DNA from: Mycobacteriales bacterium
GTDB lineage: Bacteria > Actinomycetota > Actinomycetes > Mycobacteriales > SCTD01
Assembly: GCA_046262855.1 (NCBI GenBank)
Contig: JBHEMB010000433.1
Coordinates: forward strand, 1 to 32,919
DNA length: 32,919 nt
Reading direction: 5' to 3'
Position 1 is the first letter of the stretch, and each line of letters begins with the position of its first letter. Below, one piece after another: positions 24,360 through 32,563 of the stretch. Both the position numbers and the translations under genes were made by a program. The notes under the pieces are model-generated. The model saw nothing but the letters and a program-made list of their open reading frames with translations. It was not told where the DNA came from and did not search any database.

Positions 24360-24512
24360 CTACGGGAACTCGGGCGGAGCCGAGGTCACGGCGTTGGGGG
24401 TGTTGGAGCAGCCGGGCTCGATCTTCGTGCCGCCGGCCTGCTCCACGACAGCCCAGGTGCCCACGGAGTAGACGATCACGCCGATCACGGCGATGACCCA
24501 CAGCTTTGCCAT
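24360..24512 (-). CDS. unlisted 50-aa single-TM protein
   Basis: My own translation is MAKLWVIAVIGVIVYSVGTWAVVEQAGGTKIEPGCSNTPNAVTSAPPEFP then stop. It runs from ATG 24512 to TAG 24362-24360. Third-position G/C is strongly enriched. It sits 17 nt after the RecQ stop and 53 nt before the M23 start. It is below the size cut-off of the ORF track. Confidence 0.5.
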   Translation of the reverse strand: MAKLWVIAVIGVIVYSVGTWAVVEQAGGTKIEPGCSNTPNAVTSAPPEFP

Positions 24513-24528
24513 GACAGAAACCTACCGC

Positions 24529-26574
24529 TCAGCCGTCGAGACCGAGGACCAGGGGCAGCACCGCGGCGGCCCCGGCGCGTCGCAGCAGGCGTGCTGCCTC
24601 GGTCAGCGTCCAGCCGCTGTCCGTGCGGTCGTCGACGAGCAGCACCCGCTCGCCGGCAAGCGACCACGACGGCGGTACAGCGAACGCGCCGTGCACCGAC
24701 CGCGCGCGCTGCGCGCTGTTGCTGCCTGCGTGCGACGGTTGGCCCACGAGCTCCAGGCTGCCCAACGGTGCGAGCCGGCCCAGCTCGGCGAGTCGGGCAG
24801 CGAGGCTGCCCACCAGCCTGGGCCGGCTGCGCGAGGGCACCGCGGCGACCGACGTCGGCCGCTCGTCCCAGTCCCAGGCCGCGAGCACCTTCACGACGGC
24901 GCCGATGAGGTCGTCCGGCACGTCCTGGTCGGGCGCCCGCAGCAGCTCCCTGAGCCGGGTGCCCCAGCCGAGGTCGGAGAGCCGGCCGAGGGCCCGTCCC
25001 GGCTCGGCCTGGTCCTCGGCCGGGATCCGGCCCTTGAGGTCGGCGAGCCCGGTAGGCCACATCTTGCGGGGTTCCAGCACCACTCCCGGCCGCCCGAGCG
25101 CGGCGGACGCTGCGTCGAGCGCGGCGGGCGTGACGGACGTGTCGAGCGGCCTGCCGAGGCAGTTGTCGCAGCGGCCGCACGGGGCCGCCGCCGGGTCGTC
25201 GAGCTGGCGGCGGAGGTACTCCATCCGGCACGCGGTCGTCGTGACGTAGTCCCGCATCGCCTGCTGCTCGGCCCGCCGGTCCGCCTCGACCTGGGCGTAG
25301 CGATCGGTGTCGTAGGACCACGGCTGACCCGTCGACGTCCAGCCGCCCTGGACGCGACGGACCGCGCCGTCGACATCGAGCACCTTCAGCATGGTCTCGA
25401 GGCGGGTCCGGCGCAGCTCCACGCGCGGTTCGAGCGCGGCCGTCGACAGCGTGACGCCGTCCAGCGCCGCGAGCACCAGCCGCACCTGCTCCTCGGGAGG
25501 AAAGGCCAGGGACGCGAAGTACTGCCAGATCGCCTCGTCCTCGCGTCCCGGCAGCAGCACGACCTCGGCTCGCTCGACGCCGCGGCCGGCGCGTCCGACC
25601 TGCTGGTAGTAGGCGATCGGGGAGGCCGGCGCGCCCAGGTGCACGACGAAGGCGAGGTCCGGCTTGTCGAAGCCCATGCCGAGCGCGCTGGTCGCGACGA
25701 GTGCCTTGATGCGGTTGCCGAGAAGGTCTTCCTCGGCCTGCCGACGCTCGGCGTCGTCGCTCTTGCCCGAGTACGCCACCGCCGAGATCCCCTGGGACAC
25801 AAGGAAAGATGCGACATCCTCGGTCGCGGCAACAGTCAACGTGTAGACGATGCCGCTGCCCTCGGTGCGGCGCAGCCAGTCGGCCAGCCACGCCAGCCGG
25901 TGCGCCGGGTCGGAGAGCACGGCAACGGACAGATGCAGCGACTCGCGCTCGAGGGCGCCGCGCAGCACGAGGGTGTCGGTGCCGAGCTGGGTCGCCACGT
26001 CGGCGACGACGCGGGCGTTGGCAGTGGCAGTGGTTGCGAGCACCGGGACGCCAGGGCGCAGGTCCTCGAGCAGCGTCCTGATGCGCCGGTAGTCCGGCCG
26101 GAAGTCATGCCCCCAGTCGCTGATGCAGTGCGCCTCGTCGATGACCACGAGGCCGGCCGTCTCCGCGAGCCGCGGCAGCACCTCGTCGCGGAAGCCGGGG
26201 TTGTTCAGCCGCTCCGGGCTGACGAGCAGCACGTCGGTGTGACCGGCCGCGATCTCGCCGTACACCTCCTGCCACTGGTCGACGTTGCTCGAGTTGACCG
26301 TCGTGGCCCGGATGCCCGCGCGCTCGGCCGCGGCCACCTGGTTGCGCATCAGGGCGAGCAACGGGCTGACGATGACCGTGGGTCCGGCGCCCTGCGCGCG
26401 CAGCAGCGCGGTGGCGACGAAGTACACCGCGGACTTGCCCCAGCCGGTGCGCTGCACCACGAGAGCGCGCCGGTGCTCCTCGACGAGCGCGCTGATCGCC
26501 GTCCACTGGTCCTCGCGCAGCCGGGCCTGCGGCCCCGCCAGCTGCTCCAGGACCTGCTGCGCCTGGCTACGCAG
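24529..26574 (-). CDS. RecQ-family DNA helicase of the RqlH type (helicase core, tetracysteine Zn module, C-terminal ComF/phosphoribosyltransferase-like domain)
   Basis: QRTGWGKS Walker A, VIDEAHCISDWGHDFRPDY (DEAH), LATTATA, and a 4-Cys module (ACRME...CGRCDNC). C-terminal PRT-like motif VLLVDDRTDSGWTLTEAA. Conserved N-terminal residues (ARLREDQWTAISALV) lie upstream of the first ATG/GTG/TTG (26460). The 5' end given here is an in-frame CTG at 26574 and is tentative. Confidence 0.85.
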   Translation of the reverse strand: MRSQAQQVLEQLAGPQARLREDQWTAISALVEEHRRALVVQRTGWGKSAVYFVATALLRAQGAGPTVIVSPLLALMRNQVAAAERAGIRATTVNSSNVDQWQEVYGEIAAGHTDVLLVSPERLNNPGFRDEVLPRLAETAGLVVIDEAHCISDWGHDFRPDYRRIRTLLEDLRPGVPVLATTATANARVVADVATQLGTDTLVLRGALERESLHLSVAVLSDPAHRLAWLADWLRRTEGSGIVYTLTVAATEDVASFLVSQGISAVAYSGKSDDAERRQAEEDLLGNRIKALVATSALGMGFDKPDLAFVVHLGAPASPIAYYQQVGRAGRGVERAEVVLLPGREDEAIWQYFASLAFPPEEQVRLVLAALDGVTLSTAALEPRVELRRTRLETMLKVLDVDGAVRRVQGGWTSTGQPWSYDTDRYAQVEADRRAEQQAMRDYVTTTACRMEYLRRQLDDPAAAPCGRCDNCLGRPLDTSVTPAALDAASAALGRPGVVLEPRKMWPTGLADLKGRIPAEDQAEPGRALGRLSDLGWGTRLRELLRAPDQDVPDDLIGAVVKVLAAWDWDERPTSVAAVPSRSRPRLVGSLAARLAELGRLAPLGSLELVGQPSHAGSNSAQRARSVHGAFAVPPSWSLAGERVLLVDDRTDSGWTLTEAARLLRRAGAAAVLPLVLGLDG

Positions 26575-26833
26575 GGAGGTCGTCCACGTTCGTCTCCGGC
26601 TCGGCCCAGCGCCGGGCCCGGAGCTCCTGCACCATCTGCTGGCGCAGGTCGAACCGCTCGGTGCGGTGCCGCTCGACGTCGGCCAGCCGGATCCGGCGGC
26701 GCCGCCCGTCGGGGCCGAGGTGCGAGGGGAGCTGCCCGCACTCCAGCAGCCGGATCACCGCGGTCGGCGACATGCCGAGCTCGACGGACGCCTGCTCGAT
26801 CGACAGGTCCGGCCCCTGGTCCTTCTCGCTCAC
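26567..26833 (-). CDS. small helix-turn-helix DNA-binding protein (excisionase/MerR-like HTH)
   Basis: LSIEQASVELGMSPTAVIRLLECGQLPS...IRLADVERH resembles the excisionase-family HTH_17 pattern. It is co-directional with and abuts the VOC and RecQ genes. Confidence 0.7.
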   Translation of the reverse strand: MSEKDQGPDLSIEQASVELGMSPTAVIRLLECGQLPSHLGPDGRRRRIRLADVERHRTERFDLRQQMVQELRARRWAEPETNVDDLPA

Positions 26834-26840
26834 CCCGCCA

Positions 26841-27194
26841 TCATCCCATGGGCACCAGGCAGAAGAGGTTTCCCTCGGGGTCGGCCAGCACCTTCCACCG
26901 GACCCCGAGGTCCTCGACGTCTCGCACGAGCGTCGCGCCGAGCTCGATCGCCCTCGCCGCGTCAGCCTCCACGTCCTCGGACTCGAGGTCCAGGTGCGCG
27001 CGCGACCGACCCTCGGTGAGGTCCGACACCTGCTGGAACACCAGCCGAGGGTGCCCCTCGCCGGTGGGGTGCAGGCCGAGGTACTGGCCGATCTCGCCGC
27101 GGACGGTCGTGCCGAGCAAGGCGCACCAGAACGCCGCGAGCGCGTGCTTGTCGCGGCAGTCGATCGTCACGGCCTCGAAGCGGGGACCTGGCAT
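26841..27194 (-). CDS. VOC (glyoxalase/bleomycin-resistance-like) family protein
   Basis: Typical small VOC pattern: FEAVTIDCRDKHALAAFWCALLG...HLDLESEDVEA...LADPEGNLFCL. Confidence 0.85.
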   Translation of the reverse strand: MPGPRFEAVTIDCRDKHALAAFWCALLGTTVRGEIGQYLGLHPTGEGHPRLVFQQVSDLTEGRSRAHLDLESEDVEADAARAIELGATLVRDVEDLGVRWKVLADPEGNLFCLVPMG

Positions 27195-27227
27195 GACTCA
27201 GCAACATGCCAGACGTAGGGTGCGCGC

Positions 27228-28571
27228 GTGGACTACCCCTCGGCTGTCGCCGCTGACCACTACCGCTCGGCTGTCGCCGATCTGCGCCGCCAGCTTGCCG
27301 CACTGCCGCCCGGCACGCCGGTACGACTGGGCAAGAAGACCTCCAACCTGTTCCGTCCGCGCGCCGACACCGGCCACCGCCTCGACGTCTCCGCCTTCAG
27401 CGGCGTCCTGAGCGTCGAGGACGGCTTCGCCGACGTGCTCGGGATGACGACCTACGAGGACCTGGTCGACGCGACGCTGCCGTCCGGGCAGATGCCGCTC
27501 GTGGTGCCACAGCTGAAGACCATCACCCTCGGTGGCGCCGTGACCGGCGTGGGCATCGAGAGCTCGAGCTTCCGCAACGGCGCGCCGCACGAGTCGGTCG
27601 TCGAGATGGACGTGCTCACCGGCGCCGGTGAGGTGGTCACGTGCTCGCGCGAGCAGAACGCAGACCTGTTCTTCGGGTTCCCGAACTCCTACGGCACCTT
27701 GGGCTACGCGCTCCGGCTGCGCATCGAGCTCGAGAAGACCCACCCGTACGTGCACCTGACCCACGTCCGGTGCGGGTCGGTCGCCGAGGCGGTGCAGGTC
27801 ATGGCCGACCACGACGCGGACTTCTGCGACGGCACGTGGTTCTCCGCCGACGAGGTCTACGTGACCCTCGGACGGTGGGCCTCCCGGGTGCCGCTGCTCA
27901 GCGACTACACGGGCATGGGTGTCTACTACCGGTCGATCCAGCAGAAGCCCGAGGACTACCTGACGGTCCGCGACTACCTGTGGCGCTGGGACACCGACTG
28001 GTTCTGGTGCAGTCGCGCCTTCGGCGTCCAGAACCCCGCTGTCCGGCGGTGGGTCCCGCGCAAGTACCTGCGCTCCGACGTGTGGTGGAAGCTCGTCGCG
28101 TTCGAGCGCAAGCACCGCTGGAAGGCCCGCTGGGACAAGCGCAAGGGGTTGCCCGACCGCGAGGACGTGGTGCAGGACATCGAGGTGCCGATCGACCGGC
28201 TCGTGGAGTTCATGACCTTCTTCGAGCGCGAGATCCCCATCGAGCCGGTGTGGTTCTGCCCGCTCAAGCAGCGCTCCGCGGAGGACGTCTGGGAGCTGTA
28301 CCGGTTCGACCCGTCGGTGCTCTATGTCAACGTCGGCTTCTGGTCTACGGTGGCGCTCGAGCCGGGGGAGGACCCCACGACGCACAACCGTCTCATCGAG
28401 AACAAGGTTGACGAGCTAGGTGGCCGGAAGTCGCTGTACAGCACGGCCTTTTACGACCGTGAGCACTTCTGGGAGCTTTACAACGGTCCGGTCTACGAGC
28501 TGCTCAAGAAGCGGTGGGACCCGGACAGCAGGCTGCTCGACCTCTACGCCAAGACCGTCCAGGGGAGATGA
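27228..28571 (+). CDS. bfaA: FAD-binding oxidoreductase (PCMH/DHCR24-like), probably 10-methylene-stearate reductase
   Basis: FAD-binding PCMH-type motifs (TITLGGAVTGVGIESSSFRNG, HESVVEMDVLTGAGEVV). It is translationally coupled (ATGA at 28568-28571) to a Cfa-like methyltransferase. This pairing is the known actinobacterial tuberculostearic-acid locus. The functional call is from context. Confidence 0.75.
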   Translation: MDYPSAVAADHYRSAVADLRRQLAALPPGTPVRLGKKTSNLFRPRADTGHRLDVSAFSGVLSVEDGFADVLGMTTYEDLVDATLPSGQMPLVVPQLKTITLGGAVTGVGIESSSFRNGAPHESVVEMDVLTGAGEVVTCSREQNADLFFGFPNSYGTLGYALRLRIELEKTHPYVHLTHVRCGSVAEAVQVMADHDADFCDGTWFSADEVYVTLGRWASRVPLLSDYTGMGVYYRSIQQKPEDYLTVRDYLWRWDTDWFWCSRAFGVQNPAVRRWVPRKYLRSDVWWKLVAFERKHRWKARWDKRKGLPDREDVVQDIEVPIDRLVEFMTFFEREIPIEPVWFCPLKQRSAEDVWELYRFDPSVLYVNVGFWSTVALEPGEDPTTHNRLIENKVDELGGRKSLYSTAFYDREHFWELYNGPVYELLKKRWDPDSRLLDLYAKTVQGR

Positions 28572-29815
28572 GAATGAAGGTTGCTGACGCCCTCGCAGCA
28601 GTCCTGCCCGGCCAGCCGCGGGTCGAGGCCTACGACGGCTCCGCCGCAGGTCCTTCCGAAGCGGACATCGTCATCAAGATCCAGACGCCCCAGGCGATCT
28701 CGCACCTGGTCACGGCGCCGGGCGAGCTCGGGATAGCCCGCGCCTACATCAGCGGTGACCTCGATGTCGAGGCGCCCGACCACTACACCCTGCTGCGCGC
28801 GCTGCAGCGAACGAAGATGGGCGACCTCACCTGGAGCGAGCGGCTGCAGGTGCTGAGGTCCCTCGGCCGCGAGGCGCTGCACTGGGTCGAGCCGCCGCCC
28901 CAGGAGGTCGGCGCGAAGCGGTACCTGTCGGGCCTGCGCGCGCACTCGAAGGGACGTGACGCCGCGGCGATCGCGCACCACTACGACGTCTCGAACACCT
29001 TCTACGAGTGGGTGCTCGGCCCGTCGATGGCCTACACCTGCGCGCTCTACGAGTCGGCCGATGCGACCCTCGAAGAGGCGCAGTACGCGAAGTTCGACCT
29101 GGTCTGCCAGAAGCTCGCGCTGAAGCCGGGCATGCGGCTGCTGGACGTCGGCTGCGGCTGGGGTGGGATGGCCATGCACGCCGCCGAGCACTACGGCGTG
29201 TCGGTCGTGGCCGCGACGCTCTCGCGGCAGCAGGCCGAGTGGGGCCGCAAGACGGCGGCCGAACGCGGGCTGACCGACCTCGTCGACATCCGCTTCAGCG
29301 ACTACCGCGACGTGCACGAGACCGGCTTCGACGCCATCAGCTCCATCGGGCTCACGGAGCACATCGGGATCCACCAGCTCTCGTCGTACGCCTCCTTCCT
29401 GGCAGCCAAGCTGAACCCGCAGGGTCGGCTGCTCAACCACTGCATCACCCGCAACGACGACCACTCGGCACCGATCGCGAAGCGCGGCTTCATCCCGCGC
29501 TACGTGTTCCCCGACGGCGAGCTGCCGGGCGTGGGGCGGATCATCGGCGAGCTGCAGCGGGCGGGGCTGGAGATCCGGCACGAGGAGAACCTGCGCGAGC
29601 ACTACGCCCTGACGCTGCAGGCCTGGTGCGACAACCTCGACGCGCACTGGGACGAGGCCGTCGAGGAGGTCGGGCTCGGCACCGCGCGGGTCTGGGCGCT
29701 CTACCTCGCGGGCTCGCGGATCGGCTTCGAGATCAACCAGATCCAGCTTCACCAGGTGCTGGCCGTGAAGACCGTGGACGGCCTCAGCGGCTTCCCGCTG
29801 CGCCCCGTCTACTGA
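28568..29815 (+). CDS. bfaB: cyclopropane-fatty-acyl-phospholipid-synthase-family SAM methyltransferase, probably oleate 10-methylenase
   Basis: CMAS-family motifs HYDVSNTFYEWVLGPSMAYTCA and SAM motif LLDVGCGWGGM. The start is ATG 28568 (overlapping the upstream stop) or ATG 28574 (GGGGAG RBS). The track start at 28514 is an extension. Confidence 0.8.
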   Translation: MRMKVADALAAVLPGQPRVEAYDGSAAGPSEADIVIKIQTPQAISHLVTAPGELGIARAYISGDLDVEAPDHYTLLRALQRTKMGDLTWSERLQVLRSLGREALHWVEPPPQEVGAKRYLSGLRAHSKGRDAAAIAHHYDVSNTFYEWVLGPSMAYTCALYESADATLEEAQYAKFDLVCQKLALKPGMRLLDVGCGWGGMAMHAAEHYGVSVVAATLSRQQAEWGRKTAAERGLTDLVDIRFSDYRDVHETGFDAISSIGLTEHIGIHQLSSYASFLAAKLNPQGRLLNHCITRNDDHSAPIAKRGFIPRYVFPDGELPGVGRIIGELQRAGLEIRHEENLREHYALTLQAWCDNLDAHWDEAVEEVGLGTARVWALYLAGSRIGFEINQIQLHQVLAVKTVDGLSGFPLRPVY

Positions 29816-29824
29816 CCCTGACCC

Positions 29825-31009
29825 TCAGGTGTTGGGCCAGGAGGCGAACGGCACGTTCCAGTCGGACATCCCCGGGTCGGACAGCTTCGGCGGCGCCGAC
29901 GCGTGGATGATGTCCACGACGTCACCGCGCTTCACTAGGTCGAAGAACCATGCGGCGTCCGACGGCGAGATGTTCACGCAGCCGTGGCTGACGTTGCGGA
30001 CGCCCTGGTCGCGGACGCTCCAGTCGGCGGAGTGCACGAACGCGCCGCCGTAGGAGATCCGGACGCTGTTCGGGACCTTCTCGTAGTAGCCGTCGGGGCT
30101 CCTGCGCGGGATGCCGACGGTCGCGGAGTCCATCACCTTCAGCTTCGTCTTCTCGAGGACCAGGTGGACGCCGCCCTTGGTGGGGTACTTGTCGCGGCCG
30201 GTGCTGACCTTCACCACGCGCAGCAGCTTGCCGTCCTTCCGCACCGTCATGACGTGCTTCGTGACGTCGACCGTGCTGATGATCGCGGCCCCGATCGAGT
30301 AGCTCGTGCTCCGCACACCGTGACCCCAGGTGCCGTCGGACAGGTGCAGCCGGGTGAAGTCGAGGTGCGCCGTCACCTTCGTGCCCGCCGCCCAGTACGT
30401 AGGCCCGCGGTAGTGCAGCTCCGTCGGGCTCATCCACCGCCAGGCACCGGCGACCGCGGGACTGCTCGTCACGGAGAGCCGCTCGACGACCGCCTGCCGG
30501 TCGGCGTGGCCGTTCACTGCCCGGTTGAGGGTGATGATGACGGGGAGCCCGACTCCGACCACCTTCCCGTCGCCGGGGGAGAGCACCGCCTTGAGCACGT
30601 GCGCCGGCGCCGTCGTCCGCGGCGACAGCTGCAGCCGGTGCGTGGTGCCGGCGTTGTCGACGACCGTGGCGTGGATCGAGTACGTCGAGGACGGCAGCAG
30701 CGTGTCGGCTGACGTCCAGGACCCCCCGCTCAGCGCACCGATGAGCGGCTGGCCGTCCGGGTCGGTCGCCAGCACCTCTCGCAGCGTGCCGTCCGCGACC
30801 GAGACCGCGAGCGGCTTGTCCCACGGGACCACGCCGGCGACCAGCAACGTCGGCGTGGGGACAGGGGCGGCGTCAGCAGCTCGTACGGCGGAAGCGCTCC
30901 GGTGGCTGACGGCGTACCCCACTCCGCCACCGAAGGCCAGCCCGGCCACGAGCAGGCCGGCCACGAGGGTGGTTCGCTTGACGGAGAGCACGAGGGGGGT
31001 CCTTGTCAC
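29825..31009 (-). CDS. L,D-transpeptidase (Ig-like domains plus YkuD catalytic domain)
   Basis: N-terminal anchor. C-terminal YkuD motif FVHSADWSVRDQGVRNVSHGCVNISPSDAAWFF. An alternative GTG at 30991 has AAGGA 9 nt upstream. Confidence 0.9.
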   Translation of the reverse strand: MTRTPLVLSVKRTTLVAGLLVAGLAFGGGVGYAVSHRSASAVRAADAAPVPTPTLLVAGVVPWDKPLAVSVADGTLREVLATDPDGQPLIGALSGGSWTSADTLLPSSTYSIHATVVDNAGTTHRLQLSPRTTAPAHVLKAVLSPGDGKVVGVGLPVIITLNRAVNGHADRQAVVERLSVTSSPAVAGAWRWMSPTELHYRGPTYWAAGTKVTAHLDFTRLHLSDGTWGHGVRSTSYSIGAAIISTVDVTKHVMTVRKDGKLLRVVKVSTGRDKYPTKGGVHLVLEKTKLKVMDSATVGIPRRSPDGYYEKVPNSVRISYGGAFVHSADWSVRDQGVRNVSHGCVNISPSDAAWFFDLVKRGDVVDIIHASAPPKLSDPGMSDWNVPFASWPNT

Positions 31010-31235
31010 GGGTGGCTGTCAGGTCAGTGAACAGCCGCGGAGTGCAGCCATCTTCCCGTACGACGAGCGAGAGCGTCGGCCGGTTCTCCGTGGCGAGGCT
31101 CACCTCACGGTGAGGATCTACTGGCCCACCGTCCGCCGGGCGAGGCCGTGCCCGGGGGTCCTGACGGCACGCCGAGCACCGAGTGCGCGAGGATAGTCGT
31201 CGAACAGGCCAGAGAAGCAGCGGGGAGCGCAGCGG

Positions 31236-32483
31236 ATGAGCGAGTGGGGTCGGGTCACCGACGACGGCACGGTCTACGTCAAGACCGCCGAGGGCGAGCG
31301 CGTCGTCGGGTCCTGGCACGCGGGACCGCCGGAGCAGGGGCTGGCGCACTTCGCGCGCCGCTATGAGCAGCTGGCGACCGAGGTGACCATCCTCGAGGCG
31401 CGGCTGCGCAGCGGCAACGGCGAGCCGCGTCAGGTGGCCACGAGCGCGGAGCGACTCAAGGAAGGGCTCCCGACCGCGGCGGCCGTGGGCGACCTCGATG
31501 CCCTGGGCCGACGGGTCGACGCGCTCATCGAGAAGACCGCGTCGGCGGTCGAGGAGCACAAGATCGCCCGCGCGGCCGCCAAGGAGGAGGCCGTCCTGCA
31601 GCTCACGGCGCTGGCCGAGGAGGCCGAGAAGCTCGCCGCCAGCTCCTCCTGGAAGGACGCGGGTGAGCGGCTGCGCACCCTCGGCCAGGACTGGAAGCGC
31701 ATCACCGGGGTCGACAAGAAGACGGCCGACGCCCTCTGGGAGCGGGTGGCTGCCGCCCGGACCCGGTTCGCCGAGCGTCGTACCACGCACTTCGAAGCCC
31801 TGGAGAAGCAGCGCGCGATCTCCCAGGAGCGCAAGGAGAAGCTTGTCAAGGAGGCGCAGAAGCTCGCGTCCTCGACCGACTGGAAGCCCACGGCCGAGGC
31901 GTTCAAGCAGCTCATGGCCGACTGGAAGGCCGCCGGCCGCGCGCCGCGCGAGGTCGAGGACACCCTCTGGAACGCCTTCAAGGCCGCCCAGGACACCTTC
32001 TTCCAGGCCCGGTCAGCGACCTTCGCCGAGAAGGACGAGGAGTTCCGCGGCAACCAGAAGGTCAAGGAGGAGATCCTCGCCGAGGCGGAGGCCCTCGAGG
32101 CCCCCGCAGGCAAGGCCCGGCTGCGGCAGCTGCAGGAGAAGTGGGACGCGGCCGGCAAGGTCCCCCGCGACGTCATGAAGTCGCTGGAGGACCGGTTCGC
32201 CAAGGTCGAGGAGAAGTTCCGCGGCTCCGCCGACACCTCGCACGTGCGGGCGACGGAGTCCACCTTCGTCGTGCGGCTGCGCGAGAAGGTCGCCGACCTC
32301 GAGAAGAAGCTGAGCGCTGCTCAGGCCGCAGGGCGCCCCACCGGTGACCTCGAGGCGCAGCTCGAGACGCAGAAGCAGTGGCTCGCGCAGGCCGGCGTGT
32401 CGGTCGAGGCGCCGGCGGCTGCCGAGCCTGTCCCGGAGCCCGCGAAGAAGCCGACGACCGCCTGGGTGCGCGCCGACGGCTGA
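31236..32483 (+). CDS. DUF349 repeat protein
   Basis: Repeated helical units of the type DWKRITGVDKKTADALWERV..RF, DWKAAGRAPREVEDTLWNAFKAAQDTFF and KWDAAGKVPRDVMKSLEDRFAKVEEKF. Confidence 0.85.
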   Translation: MSEWGRVTDDGTVYVKTAEGERVVGSWHAGPPEQGLAHFARRYEQLATEVTILEARLRSGNGEPRQVATSAERLKEGLPTAAAVGDLDALGRRVDALIEKTASAVEEHKIARAAAKEEAVLQLTALAEEAEKLAASSSWKDAGERLRTLGQDWKRITGVDKKTADALWERVAAARTRFAERRTTHFEALEKQRAISQERKEKLVKEAQKLASSTDWKPTAEAFKQLMADWKAAGRAPREVEDTLWNAFKAAQDTFFQARSATFAEKDEEFRGNQKVKEEILAEAEALEAPAGKARLRQLQEKWDAAGKVPRDVMKSLEDRFAKVEEKFRGSADTSHVRATESTFVVRLREKVADLEKKLSAAQAAGRPTGDLEAQLETQKQWLAQAGVSVEAPAAAEPVPEPAKKPTTAWVRADG

Positions 32484-32491
32484 CCGCGCGG

Positions 32492-32554
32492 TGATCCACG
32501 CGGCGTTGGCTCACTTTCAGCGCCTTCTAGAGCGCTTCAACGGCGCGTGGATCA
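32492..32554. terminator. nested inverted repeat between convergent genes
   Basis: tgatccacgcggcg (32492-32505) pairs with cggcgcgtggatca (32541-32554) with one mismatch. It encloses a smaller agcgc/gcgct hairpin. The patch is relatively AT-rich. Confidence 0.4.
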
Positions 32555-32563
32555 TGGTCGGGG

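Noticed and set aside
26567-26833. Excisionase-like HTH as a marker of a prophage or integrative element.
   Set aside because: There is no integrase, no tRNA or att-like direct repeats, no phage genes and no compositional break. The gene sits in a co-directional string of housekeeping-type genes.
24493-27411. 972-aa plus-strand ORF spanning the RecQ, HTH and VOC genes. Similar cases are 20798..22654(+), 27198..28385(-), 28544..29752(-), 6421..7488(-) and 19656..20996(+).
   Set aside because: All lie antisense to or out of frame with genes that have strong family motifs. Their sequences are Arg/Pro/Gly/Ala-rich and repetitive in character.
29813-29827. Direct repeat tgaccc-tgaccc in the 9-bp gap between the convergent methyltransferase and L,D-transpeptidase genes.
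   Set aside because: It is too short to carry meaning. It is probably a coincidence of two stop-codon contexts.
31010-31235. c-di-AMP (ydaO-type) riboswitch in the leader of the L,D-transpeptidase gene.
   Set aside because: Cell-wall enzyme leaders in actinobacteria often carry it. Here I see only a short cctca-cgg-tgagg hairpin and none of the paired conserved ydaO core motifs. A covariance-model scan would be needed to revisit this.
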